A stretch of DNA of 64,000 nt from an uncultured bacterium (GTDB lineage: Bacteria; Omnitrophota; Gorgyraeia; Ghiorseimicrobiales; Ghiorseimicrobiaceae): positions 2,844 through 66,843 of the forward strand of contig CAJVXN010000001.1 in NCBI GenBank assembly GCA_913009335.1. Reading direction: 5' to 3'. Position numbers and translations under genes: made by a program. How positions within the stretch are numbered: the stretch's first letter is position 1; each line of letters opens with the position of its first letter. The notes under the pieces were generated by a model, which saw only the letters and a list, made by a program, of their open reading frames with translations, searched no databases and was not told the DNA's origin. Shown piece by piece: positions 17,970 to 26,691 of the stretch.

Positions 17970-19244
17970 CTAAAACTTAAATATCAAATCTGTCTGTATT
18001 ATCTGATCGTCTGATTTATTTCCCGTAATAACTTCGGTATTGTAGTAATCAACGGAAAAAGTAAGATTATCAGCAAGACCGTAGTCAAAAATAAGTTCCC
18101 AACCCTTGGCATTGGTTTTGGCGTCGTTGAAATCGCCATCGGGAAAAACATCTACCATGGCATCAGCCGCCAAACGGGAATATTGGCCAAGCAGTCTCCA
18201 TTGGCCTTTCTTTTTGACTTTTGATTTACCAAGCCAAGCTCCAACTCTCCAGGCCTCATTGCTCCTGCTTACAGCAGTATTTTCAGCAAATTCTGCAAGC
18301 AGACCAGCGGGAATATCAATGATACCAAAGATGTTCGACGATGAAAATTTCAACGCAGGACTAATAATTCTATAATCGTATCGTAGATTTGTTCCTACGG
18401 TTGTATTTGTGCTGGGTAAAGTACTAAGAACAGTCCCCTCTACGGATTTAAAATTATAGAATGCCAGACCCGTTTTTAACTTAGCATCCCAATCTTTGAT
18501 TTTCGTCTCTGTCCCCGCCTGCGCGATAAAAAGATGGGGATCTCTTGCAGTAGAAGATAAGTTTTCCAGAGGAAAGTATCCTCCAGCAAGAAATACTTTA
18601 GTAGGATTGGCCTCAAATGAATTTAGCTTATGGGTTAATTTAACAACAGCTCCTTCAAACCTTATATCAGAATCCCAAAGCATATCGGTATGGAAAAACG
18701 GACTCTTGAATTTACCGCCGATAAGATATAGCCAATCCCTAGGTTCATATTTCACATATGCATAATCAAGATCGAAATTCTTAGTCGAGAATGAATCATC
18801 CAGCGTCTGGTTGGTAGATGTTATACTTGAACCTCCTGTAGCCAGGCCAAAACCCAACTTAACCTGATCATTGACTTTTGTCGTAGCGCCCACGCGAAAA
18901 CGTAGTCTCTGGCGGTTATTGTCCTTCCCCGGAGCATTAGATTCAGCCTCATTTCTTAATCTCAGGTCGCCTTTAAATTTAAAATCCTTAATCCAGCTCG
19001 GCACTTCTTTTTGCTTCTTCTCAAGATTTGTTACTCTTGCTTCTAAACCTTTTGGGGTAGGTTCTGCCTTTTTTTCAATCTCAGCCCTCAACCCATCTAC
19101 TTCTTTCTGGCTAATAAGTCCTTTTTTAATTAATAGTTTCAGCATAATTTCGCTTGTTTGATCAGCAGAGCAAACAGAAGCTAAGCTAAAAATAATCCCA
19201 AAAGATAACAATAATACCAAACATGCTTTTATTGTTTTCACCAA
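17970..19244 (-). CDS. Putative outer-membrane porin (N-terminal coiled coil plus beta-barrel)
   Basis: Signal peptide, LLIKKGLIS, FKGDLRLR, R.RLRFR, alternating beta-strand pattern and C-terminal Phe. Confidence 0.8.
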   Translation of the reverse strand: MVKTIKACLVLLLSFGIIFSLASVCSADQTSEIMLKLLIKKGLISQKEVDGLRAEIEKKAEPTPKGLEARVTNLEKKQKEVPSWIKDFKFKGDLRLRNEAESNAPGKDNNRQRLRFRVGATTKVNDQVKLGFGLATGGSSITSTNQTLDDSFSTKNFDLDYAYVKYEPRDWLYLIGGKFKSPFFHTDMLWDSDIRFEGAVVKLTHKLNSFEANPTKVFLAGGYFPLENLSSTARDPHLFIAQAGTETKIKDWDAKLKTGLAFYNFKSVEGTVLSTLPSTNTTVGTNLRYDYRIISPALKFSSSNIFGIIDIPAGLLAEFAENTAVSRSNEAWRVGAWLGKSKVKKKGQWRLLGQYSRLAADAMVDVFPDGDFNDAKTNAKGWELIFDYGLADNLTFSVDYYNTEVITGNKSDDQIIQTDLIFKF

Positions 19245-19289
19245 TCACCTCCCTTTTTTACGTTTCTAATTTTTCCGTTATGGATATAT

Positions 19290-19323
19290 AAAAAAAAGAC
19301 ACTTATGCATTGATAAGTGTCTT
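19290..19323 (-). terminator. Intrinsic terminator-like hairpin in the porin leader
   Basis: Minus strand reads aagacacttat-caatgc-ataagtgtctt running into a T-tract. Confidence 0.7.
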
Positions 19324-19373
19324 AATGCGCTTTATCCTAGAAAGATATTTTTCTGTCATATCAATTATTTGCT

Positions 19374-19391
19374 TCGTGAAAGATATCACTA
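19374..19391. promoter_or_regulatory. Rex operator
   Basis: TCGTGAAAGATATCACTA, just downstream of the promoter at 19407-19434. Confidence 0.6.
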
Positions 19392-19406
19392 AATTTCTAT
19401 GCGTTT

Positions 19407-19434
19407 ATTTTACCACTCTACTCTATGCTGTCAA
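19407..19434 (-). promoter_or_regulatory. sigma70 promoter for porin-arrBA
   Basis: TTGACA-16 nt-TAAAAT with a TGn extension. Confidence 0.7.
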
Positions 19435-20853
19435 CTATTTTTTATCGTTTTCTGATTCCAATGCCTTTATTCTTCTGCGCATTTCTATATCATTTATCAT
19501 CGTACCGAGTTTATTCATGATTGCATCAACCGCGCCATTCCAATGTGTCCAATCCGGACCCATCATGCTTGCCCCCATCCGCCAACGCCTGCCATCGTGG
19601 TGCCAAACTAAATAATGCATTATCTCCGGAGTCTCATCAAGAGGATTACTCTTATCTATCAATCCCTCTTCGTATGCCTCAGCAAGCAAATTATCCGTAT
19701 ATTCCCAAACCATATTATAATCACTTACAACTTTATCAAATTCAATAAAATAGTTATCCGCCCATTGCCGAGAATGGCATTGATAACATATTTTTTTCAT
19801 TTGGGCCCTTCCCTTTTCTGCTTTCTTTCTATCCGGAATCCTTTCTGTTACAATATCAACCTCATCCGGCCCCTTCCATTGAGGCACTGATTTCTTAGGC
19901 TGAAGCTCCCAATATAATCTCTCGCTAACATTATGCGTTGAGGCAACTACCCCGCCGAATCCACTCATATGACAGACAGCACATGTGGGTGCCGCCGCAT
20001 CTTCAGGTCTCCATTCATCAACAGGAGCAGTCCAATTCCATTCCTCTCCAGATGCTGCGTAGATATTACCATGCTTAGATTCCTCATATATCTCATGCTG
20101 AGGGTGATCAGGTCCAAGATGACATTGTCCGCATACCTCAGGCTTGCGAGCCTCGGCAACACTAAATTTATGCCTGGGGTGACAAGCCGTGCACGAACCC
20201 ATGCTTCCATCGGGATTTATCCTGCCGACACCGGCATTAGGCCATCCCTTTAATTTACCGTCACCTTCCGCGACAATAAAACTCCCGTGGCATTGAATAC
20301 ATCCCAAATTTACATTGTTATGATGATACTGAGGATCATCCAAAAAACCGATTTTTTCCAGAATACCGCTATCCGGAAAAAGAGGCGATAGAGTAGTTTT
20401 AGCCATTCTTTCAGGATCTAATTTTTTCGCTGTTTCCTGCTTTAAAGGGTCAAGCTGCATTTCTTTTGCTTTTACATAATATGGTTTTAAAGGACCCATG
20501 AACGCAGCCCAGACATGTTTACTTTTGGCGTATTCCTCAACCTCCTTAGAATGACATTGCGCGCAAGTTAACGGAGAAGGCACAGCCGTTATCTTAAAAC
20601 CGTTATGCTCATACCCTGAAGGATCATTTTTTTTAGCCTCATGACAGGTAAAACATCCTACATCCATAGCGCTATGCTTACTCTCTTGCCATTGTTTGAT
20701 AATGCCGGGTGTAACATCAGCATGACACTTAACGCATGAATCTTTAACCTCCTCTGCAAAAACAATATTGAATGGTAAAAAGACAATAAACATAAATAAT
20801 AAACTAGAGATTTTTATTTTATAGACAAGCTCCAAAACCCCTCTCAATAACAT
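19435..20853 (-). CDS. Octaheme cytochrome c, hydroxylamine oxidoreductase (HAO) family, probably the reductive type
   Basis: Eight CxxCH motifs (CVKCH, CFTCH, CAQCH, CIQCH, CTACH, CGQCH, CAVCH, CYQCH); GVGRINPDGS.GSC, GPDHPQ.EIY.ESKHG and PDWTHWNG; signal peptide. Exact start uncertain. Confidence 0.88.
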   Translation of the reverse strand: MLLRGVLELVYKIKISSLLFMFIVFLPFNIVFAEEVKDSCVKCHADVTPGIIKQWQESKHSAMDVGCFTCHEAKKNDPSGYEHNGFKITAVPSPLTCAQCHSKEVEEYAKSKHVWAAFMGPLKPYYVKAKEMQLDPLKQETAKKLDPERMAKTTLSPLFPDSGILEKIGFLDDPQYHHNNVNLGCIQCHGSFIVAEGDGKLKGWPNAGVGRINPDGSMGSCTACHPRHKFSVAEARKPEVCGQCHLGPDHPQHEIYEESKHGNIYAASGEEWNWTAPVDEWRPEDAAAPTCAVCHMSGFGGVVASTHNVSERLYWELQPKKSVPQWKGPDEVDIVTERIPDRKKAEKGRAQMKKICYQCHSRQWADNYFIEFDKVVSDYNMVWEYTDNLLAEAYEEGLIDKSNPLDETPEIMHYLVWHHDGRRWRMGASMMGPDWTHWNGAVDAIMNKLGTMINDIEMRRRIKALESENDKK

Positions 20854-21835
20854 AATCGGCTAAATCGCCTAACGCATCACGATAACTGGAGCGAGAAAGC
20901 TTACCTAAGCTGTGTTTTGATTTATTAATAGAGGACAAGGCTTCTTCTTTTGTTTTTATAAATATTGCACTATCCTTTATCTTGTCTTTTATCTTATCCA
21001 TTATTTCTTTACTAATATTACGTTTGGCTAAATGCTCTTTAAGTTCTTTCCTGTCTTTAGCAGCCAGCGAATTAAATAAATCATAAAGCGGAAGAGTTAT
21101 TTCTCCTTGCGCGATATCCTGCCCTCCAGACTTACCTAATATAGACTTAGCAGCTATAATATCTAAATAGTCATCGACAACCTGAAAAGCAATACCAAAA
21201 TTTACTCCGTAATTATTTAAGGCAGTGTATTTCTCCTTATCGTGATTACCAGCAATAAGCGCGGCACCTTTACAACAGGCCGATATCAATGCTGCTGTTT
21301 TTTTATTAACTATTACCATATACTCTTTTTGCGGAAGGTCAAAATTATCTCGTTCGAAAATCTGAAAAAGCTGGCCCTCGCACATTGCCCTCGCGGCCAC
21401 TGCGACACAGCCTAAGACATCCGGATGCCCGCATTTCGCGACCAGTTCAAACGCCTTTGTGTAGATATAATCCCCAAATGCGATAGAGACATCTTCGCCC
21501 CACTTTGCGTGTATTGTTTGTTTATTGCGGCGCGTTAAAGAGTTATCAATAATATCATCATGTATAAGGCTCGCGGTATGTATAAGTTCGATTGCCGCTG
21601 CCATGCGAATCAATAAACTTAAATCTTTTGATTTTAATTTTCCGTTTGCTGCTGCGTGCGCTGAAAGCATTACCAGAGCCGGCCTAAGACGCTTGCCTCC
21701 CCAGCCCAATAAATAATCATTAATCCGGCATAATGAATTATATTTTGTGTTAAGATGACTCCTTAAGAGATCTTCTACTCTACAAAGATCTTCTGTAATC
21801 GGCTGGTAGATATTTTTCAGCTTTTTCATCTTCAT
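20819..21835 (-). CDS. Polyprenyl diphosphate synthase (HepT/IspB-like)
   Basis: GGKRLRP, HDDIID...RR, KTA and FQVVDDYLD motifs. Confidence 0.93.
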   Translation of the reverse strand: MKMKKLKNIYQPITEDLCRVEDLLRSHLNTKYNSLCRINDYLLGWGGKRLRPALVMLSAHAAANGKLKSKDLSLLIRMAAAIELIHTASLIHDDIIDNSLTRRNKQTIHAKWGEDVSIAFGDYIYTKAFELVAKCGHPDVLGCVAVAARAMCEGQLFQIFERDNFDLPQKEYMVIVNKKTAALISACCKGAALIAGNHDKEKYTALNNYGVNFGIAFQVVDDYLDIIAAKSILGKSGGQDIAQGEITLPLYDLFNSLAAKDRKELKEHLAKRNISKEIMDKIKDKIKDSAIFIKTKEEALSSINKSKHSLGKLSRSSYRDALGDLADYVIERGFGACL

Positions 21836-21926
21836 GCTATTCAGAGGAATGTACCTTCCTTTCCCTTGAAGGAAGGGTGCTATTCAGAGGAATGTACCTT
21901 CCTCTCCATTAAAGGAAGGGTGCTAT
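21835..21926. repeat. 43-bp tandem duplication; each unit carries a ccttcc...ggaagg hairpin
   Basis: tgctattcagaggaatgtaccttcct(ttcccttga/ctccattaa)aggaaggg at 21835 and 21878, then tgctat. It spans from the menA stop region to the prenyl synthase start. Confidence 0.9.
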
Positions 21927-22847
21927 CCGATCCAGAATAAAACCAAGGCTTAAAACAATACCTATAATAAGATGTAATTTTATTGTTGCGGCGTTTGAAA
22001 AGAGTAATCGTTGAGTATTATTAAAATTTTTTGATACATTTTTTGCAGCTTTATAGGCTAAAGGAATAGTAAAAAGTGAAAACAGGCAATATGCGGGAAT
22101 AATTTTATAAATTACAGTGAGAAGAATAAAGGAATAAGTTAAAATCAATAAAATTTGATACAGATAAACTGCTCTTGCCTTTCCCAGTAAAACAACTACA
22201 GTATTCTTGCCTACCGCCTTATCTGCCTGATAATCCGGAAACTCATTAATATAAAGGATTAGGAGCACTAGAATACCGATAGGGACCGCGCTTACAACCG
22301 GCACCATACCTAATGTTTTTGCCTGGACATAATAACTACCCAAAACAACAAGCGGGCCAAAACATAAACCCACAACTATCTCTCCCATTCCACGATAGCC
22401 TATCTTCAAAGGAGTCGCAGTATAGAAAATTGCCATGGCGACACCGGCTAAACCCAAGAATAGAACCACATTGGTTTTAAGCTGAAAATTAAGATACAAT
22501 CCAATAATACTTCCGAGGAAAAAAGATAAAAACGCAAACAAAGAAACATTACGGGGAGACATTTGGCCGTCCTGGATAACACGGCTTCCTCCGCTAAAAG
22601 GAGTAAAATTCAAATTCGCTTCATCATTGCCGCTTTTATGATCAAAATAGTCATTAATAAGATTTGTACCTATATTAATAGCAGCAATACCTAAAAGAAC
22701 AAGGCAGAAAAAATACCAGTTAAATAATCCGGTTTTATACCAGGCAATAACCGAACCAAGTAAAACTGGCACAAGCGTCGCAGTTAAAAAAGGAACCCTT
22801 GCTGCTTTTAGATAAATTGATATCCGACTAAAATTAAGCTTGCTCAA
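21909..22847 (-). CDS. menA: 1,4-dihydroxy-2-naphthoate polyprenyltransferase (UbiA family)
   Basis: NLINDYFDHKSGND, FSGGS, GYRGMGE and NEFPDYQAD..VGKNT motifs. Confidence 0.88.
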   Translation of the reverse strand: MSKLNFSRISIYLKAARVPFLTATLVPVLLGSVIAWYKTGLFNWYFFCLVLLGIAAINIGTNLINDYFDHKSGNDEANLNFTPFSGGSRVIQDGQMSPRNVSLFAFLSFFLGSIIGLYLNFQLKTNVVLFLGLAGVAMAIFYTATPLKIGYRGMGEIVVGLCFGPLVVLGSYYVQAKTLGMVPVVSAVPIGILVLLILYINEFPDYQADKAVGKNTVVVLLGKARAVYLYQILLILTYSFILLTVIYKIIPAYCLFSLFTIPLAYKAAKNVSKNFNNTQRLLFSNAATIKLHLIIGIVLSLGFILDRIAPFL

Positions 22848-23391
22848 TTTTTATTGTACCCGTTGGGCAAATATAAGCACAGGCGCCGCAGCCAATGCAA
22901 ACATCGTTAATCTTATCAAAAGGTGTGCCTACTTTTCTATGCAATCCACGCTGTTTAAAGCTTATAGCGCTGACCCCTACAATTTCACGGCAGGCACGAA
23001 CACATAAACCGCAAAGGATACAATTACCTTTATCTTTCGGTTTAATGCGTAACCTGGGTAATCCATATTCTTTAGCAAGCTCCTGAAGCCTTTCTGTCTC
23101 AGGGCTCATGGCTAATAAAAGCTCCATAACGATTTTTCGCGTACGCCTCACCCTCTCGCTATCAGTCTTAATAATCAATCCCTCTGTAACCTTGTATAAA
23201 CAAGAGGCCTGAAGACTAGGCCTTGCCCCTCCTACAATCTCAACAACGCAAAGACGACACGCGCCATAAGGAGATAATTCTTTATGATAACATAAAGTAG
23301 GAATCTTTATACCTGCCTCAAGTGCTGCCTCTAATATACTCTTTCCATCATCTACTTCTAAATTCTTATCATTAATTATAATGTTAACCAT
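22834..23391 (-). CDS. Stand-alone NuoG/HydA-N-terminal-like Fe-S protein (2Fe-2S plus 2x4Fe-4S) with no catalytic domain
   Basis: IPTLCYH...GACRLC...SC, CILCGLCVRAC and CIGCGACAYICP; only 185 aa and no H-cluster motifs. Confidence 0.85.
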   Translation of the reverse strand: MVNIIINDKNLEVDDGKSILEAALEAGIKIPTLCYHKELSPYGACRLCVVEIVGGARPSLQASCLYKVTEGLIIKTDSERVRRTRKIVMELLLAMSPETERLQELAKEYGLPRLRIKPKDKGNCILCGLCVRACREIVGVSAISFKQRGLHRKVGTPFDKINDVCIGCGACAYICPTGTIKIEQA

Positions 23392-23409
23392 GAATACACC
23401 TTTTAGTTT

Positions 23410-23868
23410 TTATTTCTTACAATCTACGCAAGAATCGAAATGATATTTATCATCCCCTTTTTTATAATCATAAACAAACCGTATTGCTGGATAAGCCGTA
23501 ATTAAACTAGCCAGAGTTTCTAAAATATCACCTACGGGCTTAAGATCCGGAGAATTAAGTTTAAAAATTGCTCTTATTATAGTACCCTGTCCCAGTTCTG
23601 AATTTATTTTTAAAGTACCCCCTGTATCCTGGGCTGCTTGAGCAAATAACGAAAGACCTAGTCCAATTCTTTTGCCGTCTTTCGTGGTGAAAAAAGGATC
23701 GAGGGCTTTTTTACGCATATCTTCATTCATCCCCCTCCCATCATCCTTAATAGAGATAATTAGCTCTTCCCTCAACGTATCTTCAAAAACCTCTATACTT
23801 ATATTCTTTGCATCTGCCCGAACCGCGTTTTCTGTTATATCAAGTATATGTAGAGATAAATCCTGCAT
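23410..23868 (-). CDS. HATPase_c ATP-binding protein (kinase-like), typical of hydrogenase operons
   Basis: DLSLHILDITEN, DDGRGM, DPFFTTK and GLGL motifs. Confidence 0.85.
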   Translation of the reverse strand: MQDLSLHILDITENAVRADAKNISIEVFEDTLREELIISIKDDGRGMNEDMRKKALDPFFTTKDGKRIGLGLSLFAQAAQDTGGTLKINSELGQGTIIRAIFKLNSPDLKPVGDILETLASLITAYPAIRFVYDYKKGDDKYHFDSCVDCKK

Positions 23869-23874
23869 AAGAGG

Positions 23875-24603
23875 CTAAAAAATAACTTTTCTTCCTTCTG
23901 TGACACTAAGCGCCATTTTAAATTCTGAAAAGCTTAAATCTTCCAATAAAAACTTCGTATGTGCCCTTCCAACATCAGCCAAGAAATGAGCATCCGAAGA
24001 TTTGATAAGCGGCAGATCGTAATTTTTATAATCCGCGACTTTTTCTGAGTTATAATTTACAGATAGCTCCAAAGCATCTAGCTGTAAGCCTTCAGGGATA
24101 AAACCTAATTGACTAATAACGCTGAATGTTTGTTTATCAATATGCGAAGCAATGGCTATACCGCCGAAATCATGAACCAGCTTAACTATCCTTCTTAATG
24201 TTAAATCGGTTGAACCAATCAACAACTTATTATTACTGCCGCCTGATTTATCGTACTCATCCACAATCAATTGTTTCCCGAAGAACTCTTCATTGTTTTC
24301 TCCGGATAAATTTTTATAAACAATATCCTGTATTTGCATTAAGGTTTTGTTCTTATCAAAAAAAGCTAAGATATGTACTTCTTCGGATGAGGTTATCTCT
24401 ATACCCACAAAGACTTTTAGCCCCTCTCTTTCGCCTGCCTTCCTTACAGCAGCTGCGTTCTCTGCTGAGTTATGATCGCAGATTCCAATTACATCCAGAC
24501 CGCGTTCTTTCGCCTGCTTAACAATTGACCTCGGCAACATTTCTAAATCACCACACGGAGACAAACAAGTATGGATATGCAAATCCATCTTAAACTCCTT
24601 CAT
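23875..24603 (-). CDS. PHP-domain phosphoesterase
   Basis: DLHIHTCLSPC, DHN, H.D and SSDAH motifs. Confidence 0.88.
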   Translation of the reverse strand: MKEFKMDLHIHTCLSPCGDLEMLPRSIVKQAKERGLDVIGICDHNSAENAAAVRKAGEREGLKVFVGIEITSSEEVHILAFFDKNKTLMQIQDIVYKNLSGENNEEFFGKQLIVDEYDKSGGSNNKLLIGSTDLTLRRIVKLVHDFGGIAIASHIDKQTFSVISQLGFIPEGLQLDALELSVNYNSEKVADYKNYDLPLIKSSDAHFLADVGRAHTKFLLEDLSFSEFKMALSVTEGRKVIF

Positions 24604-24650
24604 CCCGTCCGTCCTTCCTAAGCTTATTCCCTCCTTTGGGAAAGGCGGGG
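24604..24650. repeat. Intergenic hairpin of the gtccttcc...ggaagg family
   Basis: Shares gtccttcct..aagcttat.cc.tccttt.g.aa.ggc with the hairpin at 26636-26691. Confidence 0.65.
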
Positions 24651-25004
24651 CTAAGCATTATCTTGGGACCCCTTAATACCCAGAGCATACAACTTACCGA
24701 CTAGTTCAAATGCCGGCATCTTACTTACTAGAATCGGCACATTCTCACTCTCTGCTTTTTTAACAGTATCTTCTTCAGGCTCTCTATTGTTTATCAATAC
24801 AATGCCGGATAGCCCTTTCATGCTAGCCACTGCCACAACATTACTATGAATCTGTAAGGTAATCCATAAATCACCTTCTCGCGCATTAGCTAGCACATCA
24901 CTTAAAAGATCGCTTGCATACCCCCCTGTTACTTCCCTATCTAAATCCGTAGCCGTACCTATTACCTCTAAGCTCATTTTTTCTACTATTTCTTTTAATT
25001 TCAT
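24651..25004 (-). CDS. DRTGG-domain protein
   Basis: GGYASDLLSDVLA, WIT.Q and NVVAVA motifs. Confidence 0.85.
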   Translation of the reverse strand: MKLKEIVEKMSLEVIGTATDLDREVTGGYASDLLSDVLANAREGDLWITLQIHSNVVAVASMKGLSGIVLINNREPEEDTVKKAESENVPILVSKMPAFELVGKLYALGIKGSQDNA

Positions 25005-25012
25005 TTTTCACC

Positions 25013-25272
25013 TCAATGAGTCCGCCATTGAATCAGTGGCGGGCGAATTGATCCCGCCTGTCCCGCGTTTTTTGGCGGGGTTGAGTGTATCAAAATTATC
25101 GCACCCTCTGGAATTTCACTCCGTGAAATTCCGAGGACTTTAGTCCCGGGAATTCTTCTAATTCCACGGGGAGAAAATTTTGATACTTCTTATCCTCTGC
25201 AATTCAGAGAATTGCGAGGACTTAATCCCTGAAATTTCTCCGAAATTTCTAGGGGCGAAACGGGATTTCATT
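25013..25272. repeat. Large nested palindromic element built from multiple hairpin modules
   Basis: G-A arm at 25013-25051. atcccg...cgggat encloses gtatcaaaatt...aattttgatac and two gaggactt-agtccc twin-hairpin modules. Modules are shared with 55346-55515. Confidence 0.85.
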
Positions 25273-26193
25273 TTATCCGGCTTTCATATTAATACATATC
25301 TTAAGACGTGTACCTTTACCAACGGTCGACTCTATATCTAATTTATCAGCACATTTTTTAATATTACATAGGCCCATGCCAGCGCCAAAACCAAGATTCC
25401 TGATCCATTCAGGCGCGGTAGAATAACCCGGTTTTAATGCTTGGGCAACATCGGGGATACCCGGACCGGAATCCGTAACATGAATTTGTATCTTATCTGA
25501 CTGCACTCGAACAGATATCTCTCCGCCACTGGTATAAGAAACAACATTTATCTCCGCCTCATATGAAGCAATGGCTGCCCGACGGACAATCTGAGGGTGA
25601 ATACCTAGACGCGTCAACGTTTTTCTTATTCCGCTGGATACCTCACCTGCCCGATTAAAATCTTTACCTTTGACAAAATACTCAAACCTCAAAATGGTTT
25701 TATCAGCTATAATATCTTCAAATATATGACTCGCGCGATAACGATGAATTTCTTCTTCATGATAATCAATCTCTAGCTCACGAAGCAAACTTTCAATAAT
25801 ATCACCTTTAGTAATTACCCCCAGCAATTTACCGGTTGCCCGATCAATCACAGGAAAACGCCCAAACCCTAACTTGTCAAGCTTACCAATCGCATGAACC
25901 AGCGGCTCATCATCATACAGGGTTTTAATCGATCTGGTCATCCTGCTTTCTATGGGGCAATCTTTTCCTCCTTCCGCGAGCCACTTAATAAAATCTTCAA
26001 TACTTATTATTCCTACTAATTTATCATGCTCAACTATGGGTGTACCGGAGATACGATTAGACCTTAGTGTCTCTCCTAATTCGCTCATTAAGATATCCGG
26101 ACTAGAGCGAATTATATCCTTTCTCATAGCATCACGTACCTTTAACTCGTAAACTAATTCCTGAACTTTGGTAATCTTTTTTTCATTATTCAT
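25273..26193 (-). CDS. CBS-pair plus RsbT-like anti-sigma/Ser kinase (HATPase) fusion
   Basis: Two CBS repeats, then YEAEIN, DSGPGIPD, GYSTA and GFGAGMGL motifs. Confidence 0.85.
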   Translation of the reverse strand: MNNEKKITKVQELVYELKVRDAMRKDIIRSSPDILMSELGETLRSNRISGTPIVEHDKLVGIISIEDFIKWLAEGGKDCPIESRMTRSIKTLYDDEPLVHAIGKLDKLGFGRFPVIDRATGKLLGVITKGDIIESLLRELEIDYHEEEIHRYRASHIFEDIIADKTILRFEYFVKGKDFNRAGEVSSGIRKTLTRLGIHPQIVRRAAIASYEAEINVVSYTSGGEISVRVQSDKIQIHVTDSGPGIPDVAQALKPGYSTAPEWIRNLGFGAGMGLCNIKKCADKLDIESTVGKGTRLKICINMKAG

Positions 26194-26543
26194 TTTAACC
26201 CATCACAACTAAGCAAACCTTCTTTATATAACCTGCCGCAACAGGCATACATGGAAAACTCGCTCACTAAAACCGGGATCTCTTTCTCTTGAGCTAATTT
26301 CAAGGTTTTTTCTTGCGGCTTTTTGCCACGCACAAAACAAATCGCAATTACTTCCGCCATCTCCGCGGTACGCACAACCTGAGGATTAGTAAGGCCGGTC
26401 AAAAGTACGGCATCTGCCTTAATAAATGCCAACACATCGCTCATTAAATCAGACCCACAGGCCATTTTTACATCTTTGTCTAAAAATTTGTCTCCGTACA
26501 ATACTTTTGCGTTTAATACCTCTTTTAACTGTTTTAATTTCAC
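26190..26543 (-). CDS. DRTGG-domain protein
   Basis: ACGSDLMSDVLA, LTGL.N.QVVRTAEM and VRGK motifs; GTG start. Confidence 0.87.
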   Translation of the reverse strand: MKLKQLKEVLNAKVLYGDKFLDKDVKMACGSDLMSDVLAFIKADAVLLTGLTNPQVVRTAEMAEVIAICFVRGKKPQEKTLKLAQEKEIPVLVSEFSMYACCGRLYKEGLLSCDGLK

Positions 26544-26691
26544 CCCGTCCTTCCTTTCTAAATTTTATACTTCACTTAAAATTATATTTATACCCGCTCT
26601 ACCTTATTTATCGCTCTACTTTAAGAAGGGCGGAATGAACCCAGTCCTTCCTTCTCAAGCTTATCCCATCCTTTAGGAAGGGCTGGGTTCA
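26539..26691. repeat. Two adjacent inverted-repeat elements filling the nuoF-like/DRTGG intergenic space
   Basis: ttca..ccgtccttc...gaagggcgg..tgaa (26539-26639) and tgaacccagtccttcct...aggaagggctgggttca (26636-26691). Confidence 0.7.

Noticed and set aside
22834-23391. [FeFe]-hydrogenase catalytic subunit or its pseudogene
   Set aside because: There are no H-cluster motifs. The ORF ends cleanly overlapping the menA start, with no remnant downstream.
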